Below, one piece after another: positions 10,969 through 19,695 of a stretch of DNA of 64,000 nt. Below the pieces are notes generated by a model. It saw only the letters and a list, made by a program, of their open reading frames with translations, was not told where the DNA came from and ran no database searches. The translations under genes were made by a program, and so were the position numbers. The stretch's first letter is position 1, and each line of letters starts with the position of its first letter. This stretch comes from Nitrososphaerota archaeon (GTDB taxonomy: Archaea > Thermoproteota > Nitrososphaeria_A > Caldarchaeales > Calditenuaceae), in contig JAWBQR010000004.1 in NCBI GenBank assembly GCA_038845265.1, forward strand, positions 66,049-130,048, given 5' to 3'.

Positions 10969-12597
10969 TTATTTTTTATAGGTGGTCGTCAAAAAGTCTG
11001 GAAGCACTTTTTCAGTTGTTGTAATATGGGCGTCAAGTACGTTTACCCCTCCGTTCTTCAAGGCATTTTTGATAAACTCCCCTACTTCCTCTCTATTTGT
11101 GGCCACTGCTGAGTAGGCGCCATATGCTTTAGCAATCATCTCTATGCTTGGACTCTTATAATCACATGCGATGAGTCTGCCTCCGAAGCTGCGCTCCTGA
11201 TAATCCCTGATCGATCCGTATCCTGAATCATTCATGACGATTACTGTTAGGTCTATGCCAAGCTCGACTGCAGTGGCGAGTTCCTGACTCGACATGATAA
11301 AGCTTCCATCACCAACAAAGGCTAATACATTCTTGTCTGGCCTCGCAAGTTTTGCACCAATTGCAGCAGGCAAGGCGAACCCCATCGCAGAGTTTCCTGC
11401 TGAGCAGAGATATCTCCTAGGCTCAGACAATCTAACCCGCGTCACAGTGTGCCAAAATGAATAACCCGTATCTACTGAAATAATGCTATCACTAGGAATA
11501 TGTCTCAGAACTTCATTGACAGTCATTGAGGCGGTAAGTTGGGAGGACGAGGAGTCAGAAATAACTGACTCTCTGCGACCCACGTATTTTTTATACCAAT
11601 CCTTGTCTAAGCTTATCTCTGAAAGTCTCAACTCGAGAAGGGTTATCAACGATGTGAGGAAAGCCTTTGCATCAGAGTTGATTGCTAATGTAGGTTTATA
11701 ATTTCTTCCCAGCTCCTCCGCGTCGATATCCACATGTATTAACTGGTTTATTTTTAATCTCCAAGCACCTGTTGACCTCTCAGAGAACCTGCACCCAATA
11801 GCTAGTACAAGGTCAGCTTCTGAGACACAATTCATCGCTTCTTCTGTAAATAGTAGGCCGATGAACTGGGGATCAAATTCATTAAATGACCCCTTCCCCA
11901 TTATTGTCGTGCAGACCGGCGCTCCTAGCAGGTGGACCAGCTTTGAAGCTTCTCGACACGCACCAGATGATACAACACCCCCACCTAAGATTATTAAAAT
12001 CTTAGAAGATTTTGAAATTAGTCTAAATGCTGCTTCGACTTCTTCACGAGATGGAGTAGGTATTGGCTTCTCTTCTCTTCTATATGGAAGCAGGTCCGAC
12101 TCGGCTGAGAGATAATCAAAGGGCAGTTCAACGAATACAGGTCTCTTTCTCCCAGTCATAGAGAAATCATAGGCCTCCCAAACCACTTTGAGAACTTCTG
12201 ATGCACTGGTAGGTCGGATTGATAGTTTAGTAATCGGCTTAAAGATAGATAACTGGTCATATTCATGTATTCCTCCCTTACCCCACGTGTTTGTCTTTAG
12301 CCCTCCTGCCAGTATCAAGACTGGCTGTGAGTCAAGATAAGCATTGGCAACAGCCGTCACTGCATTCGTGGCACCCGGACCAGCCGCTAACAGACAGACC
12401 CCCGGCTCGCCGCTGGCCCTTGCATATCCATCAGCCATACTCGCAGCTCCAGCCTCGTGGCGCGCCAATACATGTCTTATCCTAATCGAGTCTCTTAACG
12501 CATCATATAATGGAAGCGTATGTACACCAGGGATTCCAAACACATATTTAACTCCTAGATCTTCTAAAAGACGAATCAATGCATCAGCAACCCTCAA
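10969..12597 (-). CDS. Thiamine diphosphate-dependent enzyme, acetolactate synthase large subunit family
   Basis: FGIPGVH, RHEAGAASMADGYAR, GPGATN, MGFALPAAIGA, ThDP motif GDGSF...NDSGYG. Confidence 0.9.
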   Translation of the reverse strand: MRVADALIRLLEDLGVKYVFGIPGVHTLPLYDALRDSIRIRHVLARHEAGAASMADGYARASGEPGVCLLAAGPGATNAVTAVANAYLDSQPVLILAGGLKTNTWGKGGIHEYDQLSIFKPITKLSIRPTSASEVLKVVWEAYDFSMTGRKRPVFVELPFDYLSAESDLLPYRREEKPIPTPSREEVEAAFRLISKSSKILIILGGGVVSSGACREASKLVHLLGAPVCTTIMGKGSFNEFDPQFIGLLFTEEAMNCVSEADLVLAIGCRFSERSTGAWRLKINQLIHVDIDAEELGRNYKPTLAINSDAKAFLTSLITLLELRLSEISLDKDWYKKYVGRRESVISDSSSSQLTASMTVNEVLRHIPSDSIISVDTGYSFWHTVTRVRLSEPRRYLCSAGNSAMGFALPAAIGAKLARPDKNVLAFVGDGSFIMSSQELATAVELGIDLTVIVMNDSGYGSIRDYQERSFGGRLIACDYKSPSIEMIAKAYGAYSAVATNREEVGEFIKNALKNGGVNVLDAHITTTEKVLPDFLTTTYKK

Positions 12598-12721
12598 TGC
12601 CCATCACATGAAATAGTAAAAATTGACGTCGTAATAAATGGATAATCGATATACGTTTAGAGATTCCTGTTGTAATTATATAAAAAGTTAATTTTTAGCT
12701 CAGCATTCTTTAATGTAGCTG

Positions 12722-13981
12722 ATGGCATCATTTGAGTCTTTGTGGATCTGGGATGACGAAAGAGTTAAAGAGAGGCTAAACTGGTACTTAGCCGTCTCCA
12801 CAAACAGACTACCTGCAAAGAATCTTATCTGTCGTAGAATACCTGCCGAATTTGATCCGACAGATGAAGAAAATGAGCTTTGGAAGATCCATCAAAGATG
12901 TGCTGAAAAATTCCAAGAAGTATTGAAGGCTATTAGGGATGAAGATTTAAGGCTAGAGGAGCTAGAAATCCCGACGCAGAGCCTTCTAGATTTAAAGTTA
13001 GAATTAGTCAGGAGAATGCTTAGACACTGCAATTTTTGTAGATGGAAATGTGGGGTCGATAGAGTTCTAGAAAAGAAGGTAGGTACGTGCCAGCTTGGAA
13101 AAGACAGTCGCGTATCGACCTACTTTCATCACATGGGAGAAGAAATACCGATCCGTGGCAGAAGAGGTTCCGGCACAATATTCTTCACTTCCTGTAACTT
13201 GAGGTGTGGATTCTGTCAAAATGGCGACATTAGTAAGGATAAGGATAATGGAATTATCGTTACACCGAGACAATTAGCAATAATGATGTGGGAGCTAAGG
13301 ATGGAGGGGTGCCACAATGTAAATCTTGTAGGAGGAGAACCGACAATGCATCTACACACAATAATTGAAGCCGTTACCCAACTCGAAAATATCAAGCCGA
13401 CCAATGAAGAGCTTCAATACATATGGAGCGTTAAGTCAGACTATTTCTTTTCATATAGGAGAAACGCGTCTGAGGCTACATACCATGGAATACTGAACGT
13501 GCCAATTCTTTGGAATAGTAATATGTTCATGAGCCAAGAGTCAATGAATATACTTAGGGAGATAGTTGATATCTGGCTGCCGGACTTTAAGTTCGGAAAT
13601 GATAGATGCTCGGTTAGATTAGCGAAGACTCCGTGGTATTGGGAGACAGTGACTCGTAATCATAGGTTAATCTACGATTGGGGCGAGGACATAATCATCA
13701 GGCACTTAGTAATGCCAAATCATGTTGAATGCTGCACAAAACCGGTTTTAGGCTGGATATCTAAAAATATGCCCGGCGTCCTCATCAACATAATGGATCA
13801 ATATCACCCAGATTGTTTTGCCGACCCCTCCTCACCAAATTATGATCCAAGGCTGTCAGACATTGCTAGAAGACCAACTCCTCAAGAATTATTGGAGGCA
13901 TATAGCTATGCGAAAAAGCTAGGACTTAATTTCGAAACCATTAGCTGGGAGAAAAATACCACGAGGCTACGATTATTATAA
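12722..13981 (+). CDS. Radical SAM protein, PflX-like
   Basis: CNFCRWKCGVDR, SGTIFFTSCNLRCGFCQN (CxxxCxxC), HNVNLVGGEPT, LPDFKFGN, IIRHLVMPNHVECC, NIMDQY. Confidence 0.88.
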   Translation: MASFESLWIWDDERVKERLNWYLAVSTNRLPAKNLICRRIPAEFDPTDEENELWKIHQRCAEKFQEVLKAIRDEDLRLEELEIPTQSLLDLKLELVRRMLRHCNFCRWKCGVDRVLEKKVGTCQLGKDSRVSTYFHHMGEEIPIRGRRGSGTIFFTSCNLRCGFCQNGDISKDKDNGIIVTPRQLAIMMWELRMEGCHNVNLVGGEPTMHLHTIIEAVTQLENIKPTNEELQYIWSVKSDYFFSYRRNASEATYHGILNVPILWNSNMFMSQESMNILREIVDIWLPDFKFGNDRCSVRLAKTPWYWETVTRNHRLIYDWGEDIIIRHLVMPNHVECCTKPVLGWISKNMPGVLINIMDQYHPDCFADPSSPNYDPRLSDIARRPTPQELLEAYSYAKKLGLNFETISWEKNTTRLRLL

Positions 13982-13986
13982 ATCAA

Positions 13987-14448
13987 TTATCTCTTCTTCG
14001 CTAATCGTAAATTCCTTGCTTTATTTATCAATTGAGTAGTGCTATATTTTTTTCTCGATGAGAAAACAGGCGCCCTAACTATTCTTATATCCCATTTATG
14101 CTTTCTTGCCTCATCTTTGAAACTACTCATTACTTCTTCTTGATCATATCCAAAAACTACGATGTTTGGTCTATATTTCTCAATAATTTTTTTAAAGCTC
14201 ATAGGTTTGAATCCAAGTACTGCCTTGTCGACGTATCGAATTGAATTAACGACCTTTAATCTATCGGATTCTGATAAGATTGGTTTTCTTCCTTTTCTTT
14301 TTAGAACGGTGATGTCTCGTGCGATTACTACTATTAGTTTTCCTTTATTGCCTGCTAGTTTTTTTGCATATCTCAGTAGGAATATATGTCCTGGATGGAT
14401 AAGGTCAAATGCACCGCTTGTGATGACTACTCTAGGACTACTCACCAT
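13987..14448 (-). CDS. ribL: Archaeal FAD synthase (cytidylyltransferase family)
   Basis: GAFDLIHPGH, VVIARD, FGYDQ, YSTT. Confidence 0.8.
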   Translation of the reverse strand: MVSSPRVVITSGAFDLIHPGHIFLLRYAKKLAGNKGKLIVVIARDITVLKRKGRKPILSESDRLKVVNSIRYVDKAVLGFKPMSFKKIIEKYRPNIVVFGYDQEEVMSSFKDEARKHKWDIRIVRAPVFSSRKKYSTTQLINKARNLRLAKKR

Positions 14449-15488
14449 TTAAACGACACCTTTCCAAGCATCCTTAAGCAGTCTAACAGTCCTTCAGCAT
14501 AGGATATAGCTATCAATGAGTCCTCAGTCCTGCCGGACAATAAAAAACTTTGCGAGTCATAAACATATGTCGAGGCAAGTTCTACAACTTCTTGGGCTTC
14601 TAAATCTACGGGTTCTTTTCTTATTTTTCCCAAGACACCCTGAGTCTTATCGATGTATTTTTTAGCTCTCTGCCTTGAAGTGCTTATTGGGTGATGATTA
14701 TCAATCATTTTGTAATCGCAGTACGCAATCATTTTCAATGACTCCTTCTCTACGAAGTTTAACTCTCCTGGAAGTATCATTACGTGTGGTGGGGGAGGCA
14801 GGCTTAGTTCTTTTAGATCTTTTATTGCGTAGCACTTCTTAGATGCTGTTCGCATGCCGACGTGTAGTAGAACAACTGCGATTCTGTCATCCCTGAAGAG
14901 CCCCCATCCTAATTTTTCCTCGATCCTTGATAGGTACTCTGCCGCCTCTTGAGCCGTCACTCCTCCGTCCGCAGTGTCTAGAAGAACCAATGTGTGAAGC
15001 CCGTGTTCCTGATTATTAGCAATGACTCGGTAAATGCCCTCCATTATCTCCATCGATGCTGCTCTAGGAACCGTTACTATCCTGCCGAATTTATAGGCAG
15101 AGAGCCCTGAGTAACTCGCGGCAGCTGAGATTATTGAGACACCGTGAATTACTTTTACACATATTCCCCTCTTGACTGCCTCTAGAAGTATGGCTATATG
15201 CGTCGTAGCAATGAATGGATCCCCCGAAGTGGCGATTGCTATCTTGTTTCTACTAGCCTCATCTATGATTTTGTACAAGTTATTTTCAATGGTTGTCCTC
15301 TCTGCGAAGATTAGACGATCCTTTAATAACTCTCTCAAATAATCAATTAACTCGCTTGAAATATGGCCGGTGTACATATCTAGATAGACTTTTTCAGACT
15401 CGAGAAGTGCTTCTTCTGCTGCCCTTGTTAGATAGTCCTTTGAGCCTAGGCCTAATCCTACAAAATTAATGGTCATCCCTTGAGGCAT
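14442..15488 (-). CDS. dph5: Diphthine synthase Dph5 with fused C-terminal DUF357-like domain
   Basis: FVGLGL, DMYT, GDPFIATTH, HGVSI, YKFGRIVT, GLHTLVLLD; C-terminal KYI...LASTYVYDSQSFL...ISYAEGLLDCLRMLG. Confidence 0.9.
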   Translation of the reverse strand: MPQGMTINFVGLGLGSKDYLTRAAEEALLESEKVYLDMYTGHISSELIDYLRELLKDRLIFAERTTIENNLYKIIDEASRNKIAIATSGDPFIATTHIAILLEAVKRGICVKVIHGVSIISAAASYSGLSAYKFGRIVTVPRAASMEIMEGIYRVIANNQEHGLHTLVLLDTADGGVTAQEAAEYLSRIEEKLGWGLFRDDRIAVVLLHVGMRTASKKCYAIKDLKELSLPPPPHVMILPGELNFVEKESLKMIAYCDYKMIDNHHPISTSRQRAKKYIDKTQGVLGKIRKEPVDLEAQEVVELASTYVYDSQSFLLSGRTEDSLIAISYAEGLLDCLRMLGKVSFKW

Positions 15489-15565
15489 TTAACCTGAAAA
15501 TCAATAATTATATCTATCTTTTTCGATATAAAATATTTTAGTAGTTGAGTTGGGGCTTTGTGTTG

Positions 15566-16564
15566 ATGAAAGGGGTGATTCTTGCTGCTGGCCGTGGAAA
15601 ACGACTTAACCCCCTAACATCTCGGAGACCAAAGCATCTATTACCAATAATTGATAAGCCACTCATCAGAAAAGTCGTTGAAGCAGTAGCAGAGACAGGA
15701 ATCAATGATATATGCATCGTAGTAGGTTATGGCTCTGAGAAGATAATAGAAGCCCTCAAGAATTTCACCAAAATAAATATTACCTTTGCAGTCCAGAGAG
15801 AGCAGCTCGGGACTGCTGATGCGCTCCTCTCCGCAGAAAGCTTTTTGAAAGATGCAGATAAATTCTTAGTGGTTTACGGAGACCTCACACTTGAACCTCA
15901 GCCTCTGAAAGAGTTGATTAAAATTGTTGATTTAGGCTACGATGGAGGAATTATTGGCATTAAACATAGTGAGGGAAAAAGATTCGGCGTCATATCGCTG
16001 AAAAATGGAATGTTGGAGAGGATAGTTGAAAAGCCTGATACGGTTGTATCTACAGCGTTGATTAATTCGGGAATATATGTCTTGCCCCGAGAAGTGCTCG
16101 AGGCTGCTAGGAGGATTAGTAAGTCAATAAGGGGCGAGTATGAATTAACTGATGCAGTAACAAAGCTAGTTGAGGATGAGTATAGAATAGCTGTACATGT
16201 AGTAGAAGGAGAGTGGTGGCTCGACGTGGGACGACCGAGCGATTTATTAATAGCAAATTTAAGAAATCTATCAAATTCTTATATTCATAATGATGCAAAG
16301 ATATCTAATGAAGCAGTTATACAATCTTCAGTTATAATGAAAGATGTAAAAGTAGACCAAAGAGCAAATATTAAATCATCACTAGTATTAGAAAATGCTT
16401 ATATCCGTCCGAGTGTTTTGCTAAATTATTGTATTATTGGCGAAGATGCTGAAATTGGAGATTATTCATGTCTGAATGGAGAATTGTCACAACCCATTGT
16501 TGTGGGCCCCGGAGTGAGGGTGCCTCCTAAAACACAGGCACCTCCAGGAACTATTTTTCAGTAA
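15566..16564 (+). CDS. Sugar-phosphate nucleotidylyltransferase (RmlA/GlmU-like) with C-terminal hexapeptide repeats
   Basis: ILAAGRGKRLNPLTSRRPKHLL, QLGTADA, YGD, VEKP, RGEYELTD, WLDVG. Confidence 0.9.
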   Translation: MKGVILAAGRGKRLNPLTSRRPKHLLPIIDKPLIRKVVEAVAETGINDICIVVGYGSEKIIEALKNFTKINITFAVQREQLGTADALLSAESFLKDADKFLVVYGDLTLEPQPLKELIKIVDLGYDGGIIGIKHSEGKRFGVISLKNGMLERIVEKPDTVVSTALINSGIYVLPREVLEAARRISKSIRGEYELTDAVTKLVEDEYRIAVHVVEGEWWLDVGRPSDLLIANLRNLSNSYIHNDAKISNEAVIQSSVIMKDVKVDQRANIKSSLVLENAYIRPSVLLNYCIIGEDAEIGDYSCLNGELSQPIVVGPGVRVPPKTQAPPGTIFQ

Positions 16565-17141
16565 CGCAGAGAAAATTACTCATTTCCTTAGCTAAAAGCT
16601 TAGCGACTCTTATTGGTTCCGGAACCTTCCCACTAATTGTTAATTTATTAAGTATTGTCTTTGCTTCCTTCATTGTGATTCCTATTCTTCTTATGTAAAT
16701 CGTATGATTTGTCCATATCTTGACTTCCTCTCTCGGTCCGTTCGCCTCATATACTGCTAATCGTTTCTCCCAATCAGCTGGAAATCTTCTCTTAATATTC
16801 TCAGATAGTCCTTCAGATGGGTTATAAGTAAGGCATAATAGTGGGAGATTAACGGCCTGGGAGACGGCGTTTAAGTCAATTATATTGAAGAGACTGATTA
16901 TGCATCCGTTTAACAATATTATGTTTATGTCATTTCTGTTTAGAGATTTAAACATTTTTATGATGGCATCTGTGGAATCCATGCCCATCACGGTGCATGT
17001 TCCAAGTGTAAAGCCATCAATTATTCCGTCTGCCCTCATCACTACGCCCGCTAATGCAGCACGAGGCGAAACTTTCTCTTTGAAGCTCTCAGCTATTCCT
17101 AAGACTCGATAAGCCTTCTTGTAAGGTGTAAACTTTTTCAT
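16551..17141 (-). CDS. DUF99 family (endonuclease V-like) protein
   Basis: RVLGIAESF, GVVMRADGIIDG, GMDST, NGCIISLFNIID, GKVPEPIRVA. Confidence 0.8.
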   Translation of the reverse strand: MKKFTPYKKAYRVLGIAESFKEKVSPRAALAGVVMRADGIIDGFTLGTCTVMGMDSTDAIIKMFKSLNRNDINIILLNGCIISLFNIIDLNAVSQAVNLPLLCLTYNPSEGLSENIKRRFPADWEKRLAVYEANGPREEVKIWTNHTIYIRRIGITMKEAKTILNKLTISGKVPEPIRVAKLLAKEMSNFLCVTEK

Positions 17142-17192
17142 CCTAGATTCATTGCTCCTTTTACGGTAATAAGCATATAAAGGGTCTTTAAT

Positions 17193-18146
17193 CTATTCTG
17201 TCAATGCTTTAACTACATTTAGCCATGCATTTGCCACGTTGTTAGGATTATATCCACCCCCGCCCATCGCTACAATCCTACTATCACATTTCTTTTCAGC
17301 CAATTCCCTTAACTTTTTAGCGGCATAATAGTGAGAACTCGGAGAATATTCAAGCCTAGTGAGGGGGTCATCCTCAAGGCAGTCGGCACCACACTGAAAG
17401 AAGATTATATCGAATTCGTGATTCAATAAAAATTGTTCTCCTTTTCTGAATGCTTCTTTGAAGGAATCGTCGCCGGATCCTGGGGGTAGCGGTATGTTTA
17501 ATTTTGTATTCTCGGCTTTGCCTCTTCCTCTTTCATATTCATACCCCGTGCCTGGATATAATGTTCGTCCATCTTGATGTATATCGAGAAAAATTACTCG
17601 TGGGTCGTCCTCAAATTCATAGTAAACCCCATCACCATGATGCGCATCAATATCTACATATGCCACCGAACGGCAATTTCCCTTCGATAACGCATAAGCA
17701 ATGGCAACTGCTGCGTCATTAAATATGCAGAAACCGCCCGCACGGTCACGTCTAGCATGGTGAAGTCCACCCATCGGGTTAAATCCAGAATAAAACTCTC
17801 CATTCAATACTTCTTTAAGGATCATTAGGGTAGCTCCGACGGTGTAGGATGCCGCTTCAAAACATCCAGGATATGCTGGGGTGTCTCCATAATCCAAGTA
17901 TCCAATTCCTTGACGACACTTCTTCTCAACATACTCAATATATTCAGGATAATGAAAAAGAGCTATCTCATCCTTGCTTGCGAGTACCGGCTCCATAAAT
18001 CTAATCTTATCTTTGAATTGCTCAATATTCATATCTAAGAGTTCGAAAAACCTGACGATTCTCTCTTTATTCATTGGATGACTTCCTGGAAAACTATATG
18101 TCAAGAGTTGAGGACCCCTAGCTATTACGAACACTTTGTTTCTCAT
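17193..18146 (-). CDS. Zn-dependent deacetylase, AcuC/HDAC family
   Basis: HPM, GGLHHA, GFCIFND, DIDAHHGDG, YPGTG, GADCLEDDPL, GGGGY. Confidence 0.93.
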   Translation of the reverse strand: MRNKVFVIARGPQLLTYSFPGSHPMNKERIVRFFELLDMNIEQFKDKIRFMEPVLASKDEIALFHYPEYIEYVEKKCRQGIGYLDYGDTPAYPGCFEAASYTVGATLMILKEVLNGEFYSGFNPMGGLHHARRDRAGGFCIFNDAAVAIAYALSKGNCRSVAYVDIDAHHGDGVYYEFEDDPRVIFLDIHQDGRTLYPGTGYEYERGRGKAENTKLNIPLPPGSGDDSFKEAFRKGEQFLLNHEFDIIFFQCGADCLEDDPLTRLEYSPSSHYYAAKKLRELAEKKCDSRIVAMGGGGYNPNNVANAWLNVVKALTE

Positions 18147-18225
18147 TTCTTGCTAAAAATCATTTAATGGCTCCCTAAAAATGCTTTTAATTTACACTTC
18201 CAAACTACCAAGATGGATGCTGATG

Positions 18226-19068
18226 ATGGAGTATAGACGGCTGGGTAAGACTGATGAAAAAATACCTGTAATAGGTATAGGGACATGGAAAATAGGTGGC
18301 GGCATGACTCCTGATTATAGTCGAGATGAAGAAGCAGTTGAGGCGTTAAAGTACGCGGTTTCAATAGGCTTGACGCATATAGATACTGCTGAGATCTATG
18401 GAGGTGGACATTCTGAAGAGCTTGTAGGTAAGGCCATAAGAGGCTTCGAGAGAGAAAAACTCTTCATAGCGACAAAAGTCTGGTATACAAACCTAAGATA
18501 TAATGATGTATTGAATGCGTGCGAAAACAGTCTCAAGAGACTCAACACCGAGTATATTGATCTTTACATAATTCATTGGCCAAATGAATCTATACCTCTT
18601 AGAGAGACTATGAAGGCAATGGAGAAGCTGTATCGAGATGGAAAAATAAGATACATAGGAGTAAGTAACTTTAACTTGAGACAACTCGAGGAAGCCAGAC
18701 AATGTCTATCCATTACGGACGTAGTGTCTAACCAAGTTGAGTATAGCCTATATAAGAGAGACATTGAAAAAGAGATATTACCGTATTGTATGAGGAATGG
18801 AATAACGATCACTGCCTATAGACCATTGGGATTAGGCAATATATCCAGAGAGGTAAATGATCCTAACAGCAAAATAGGCGAAGCACTGAAGAAGATGTCC
18901 ATTAAATATGGCAAGACGCCGGTGCAAGTAGCCCTTAACTGGGTCATATGGAATGAATGTGTAGTTACAATTCCTAAAGCAGTTCAAAAAACTCATATTG
19001 CGGAGAATGCTGGAGCCTCAGGTTGGAGGCTTGATGTAGAGGATTATAGATTCTTGTCCAATATATAA
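18226..19068 (+). CDS. Aldo/keto reductase
   Basis: IGIGTW, IDTAEIYG, ATKV, DLYIIHWP, IGVSNF, NQVEY, AYRPLG, IPKA; start set at MEYRRLG. Confidence 0.93.
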   Translation: MEYRRLGKTDEKIPVIGIGTWKIGGGMTPDYSRDEEAVEALKYAVSIGLTHIDTAEIYGGGHSEELVGKAIRGFEREKLFIATKVWYTNLRYNDVLNACENSLKRLNTEYIDLYIIHWPNESIPLRETMKAMEKLYRDGKIRYIGVSNFNLRQLEEARQCLSITDVVSNQVEYSLYKRDIEKEILPYCMRNGITITAYRPLGLGNISREVNDPNSKIGEALKKMSIKYGKTPVQVALNWVIWNECVVTIPKAVQKTHIAENAGASGWRLDVEDYRFLSNI

Positions 19069-19149
19069 AGATAGATTTATAAAATTTAATTAGTAGCCCG
19101 GTAGAGTTTAAATAATCGTTACCAAGTTTAACCCTTGCTGAATAGGATA

Positions 19150-19650
19150 ATGAAGTCCAAGATTGATTCGAGAGATTTAGAGATTCTACAGACTTTACAG
19201 AATGATGGAAGGGCTACTTACTCTAGTATGGCTCGACAGCTAAAGATAAGCGAAGCCGCAGTCTATACCAGAGTAAATAGGCTACTCTCGTCCGGATACA
19301 TAAAAAAGTTCACAGCGATTCTTGATGAAAACAAGCTTAATTTTAGCATTGGTGCATTTATTGGGATTAAGGTTAGTCCAAGCAAATACGAGGCTGTGCT
19401 TAAGCAATTAGCACTATACCCAGAGATCTTAGAGATACATGACGTCACGGGTGATTACTACGCATTGCTGAAGGTTAGGACTAGAGATAAAGAATCTCTC
19501 GCTACCTTATTGGACAAGATCGGTAAGCTAGATGGAGTGATATCGACCGAGACAAAAATAATACTTAGAACAATCAAAGAATCAACAGCACTCCCATTAC
19601 AATTATTGTCAGGAATGAAAGTAGCTCATTCTCTGCAGACAAAAGTTTGA
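19150..19650 (+). CDS. Lrp/AsnC transcriptional regulator
   Basis: IDSRDLEILQTLQNDGR HTH; C-terminal RAM domain with VTGDY. Confidence 0.92.
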   Translation: MKSKIDSRDLEILQTLQNDGRATYSSMARQLKISEAAVYTRVNRLLSSGYIKKFTAILDENKLNFSIGAFIGIKVSPSKYEAVLKQLALYPEILEIHDVTGDYYALLKVRTRDKESLATLLDKIGKLDGVISTETKIILRTIKESTALPLQLLSGMKVAHSLQTKV

Positions 19651-19695
19651 CGAAAATTATATTATGGTACATCCTCATTATACGGCAGTTATGCA

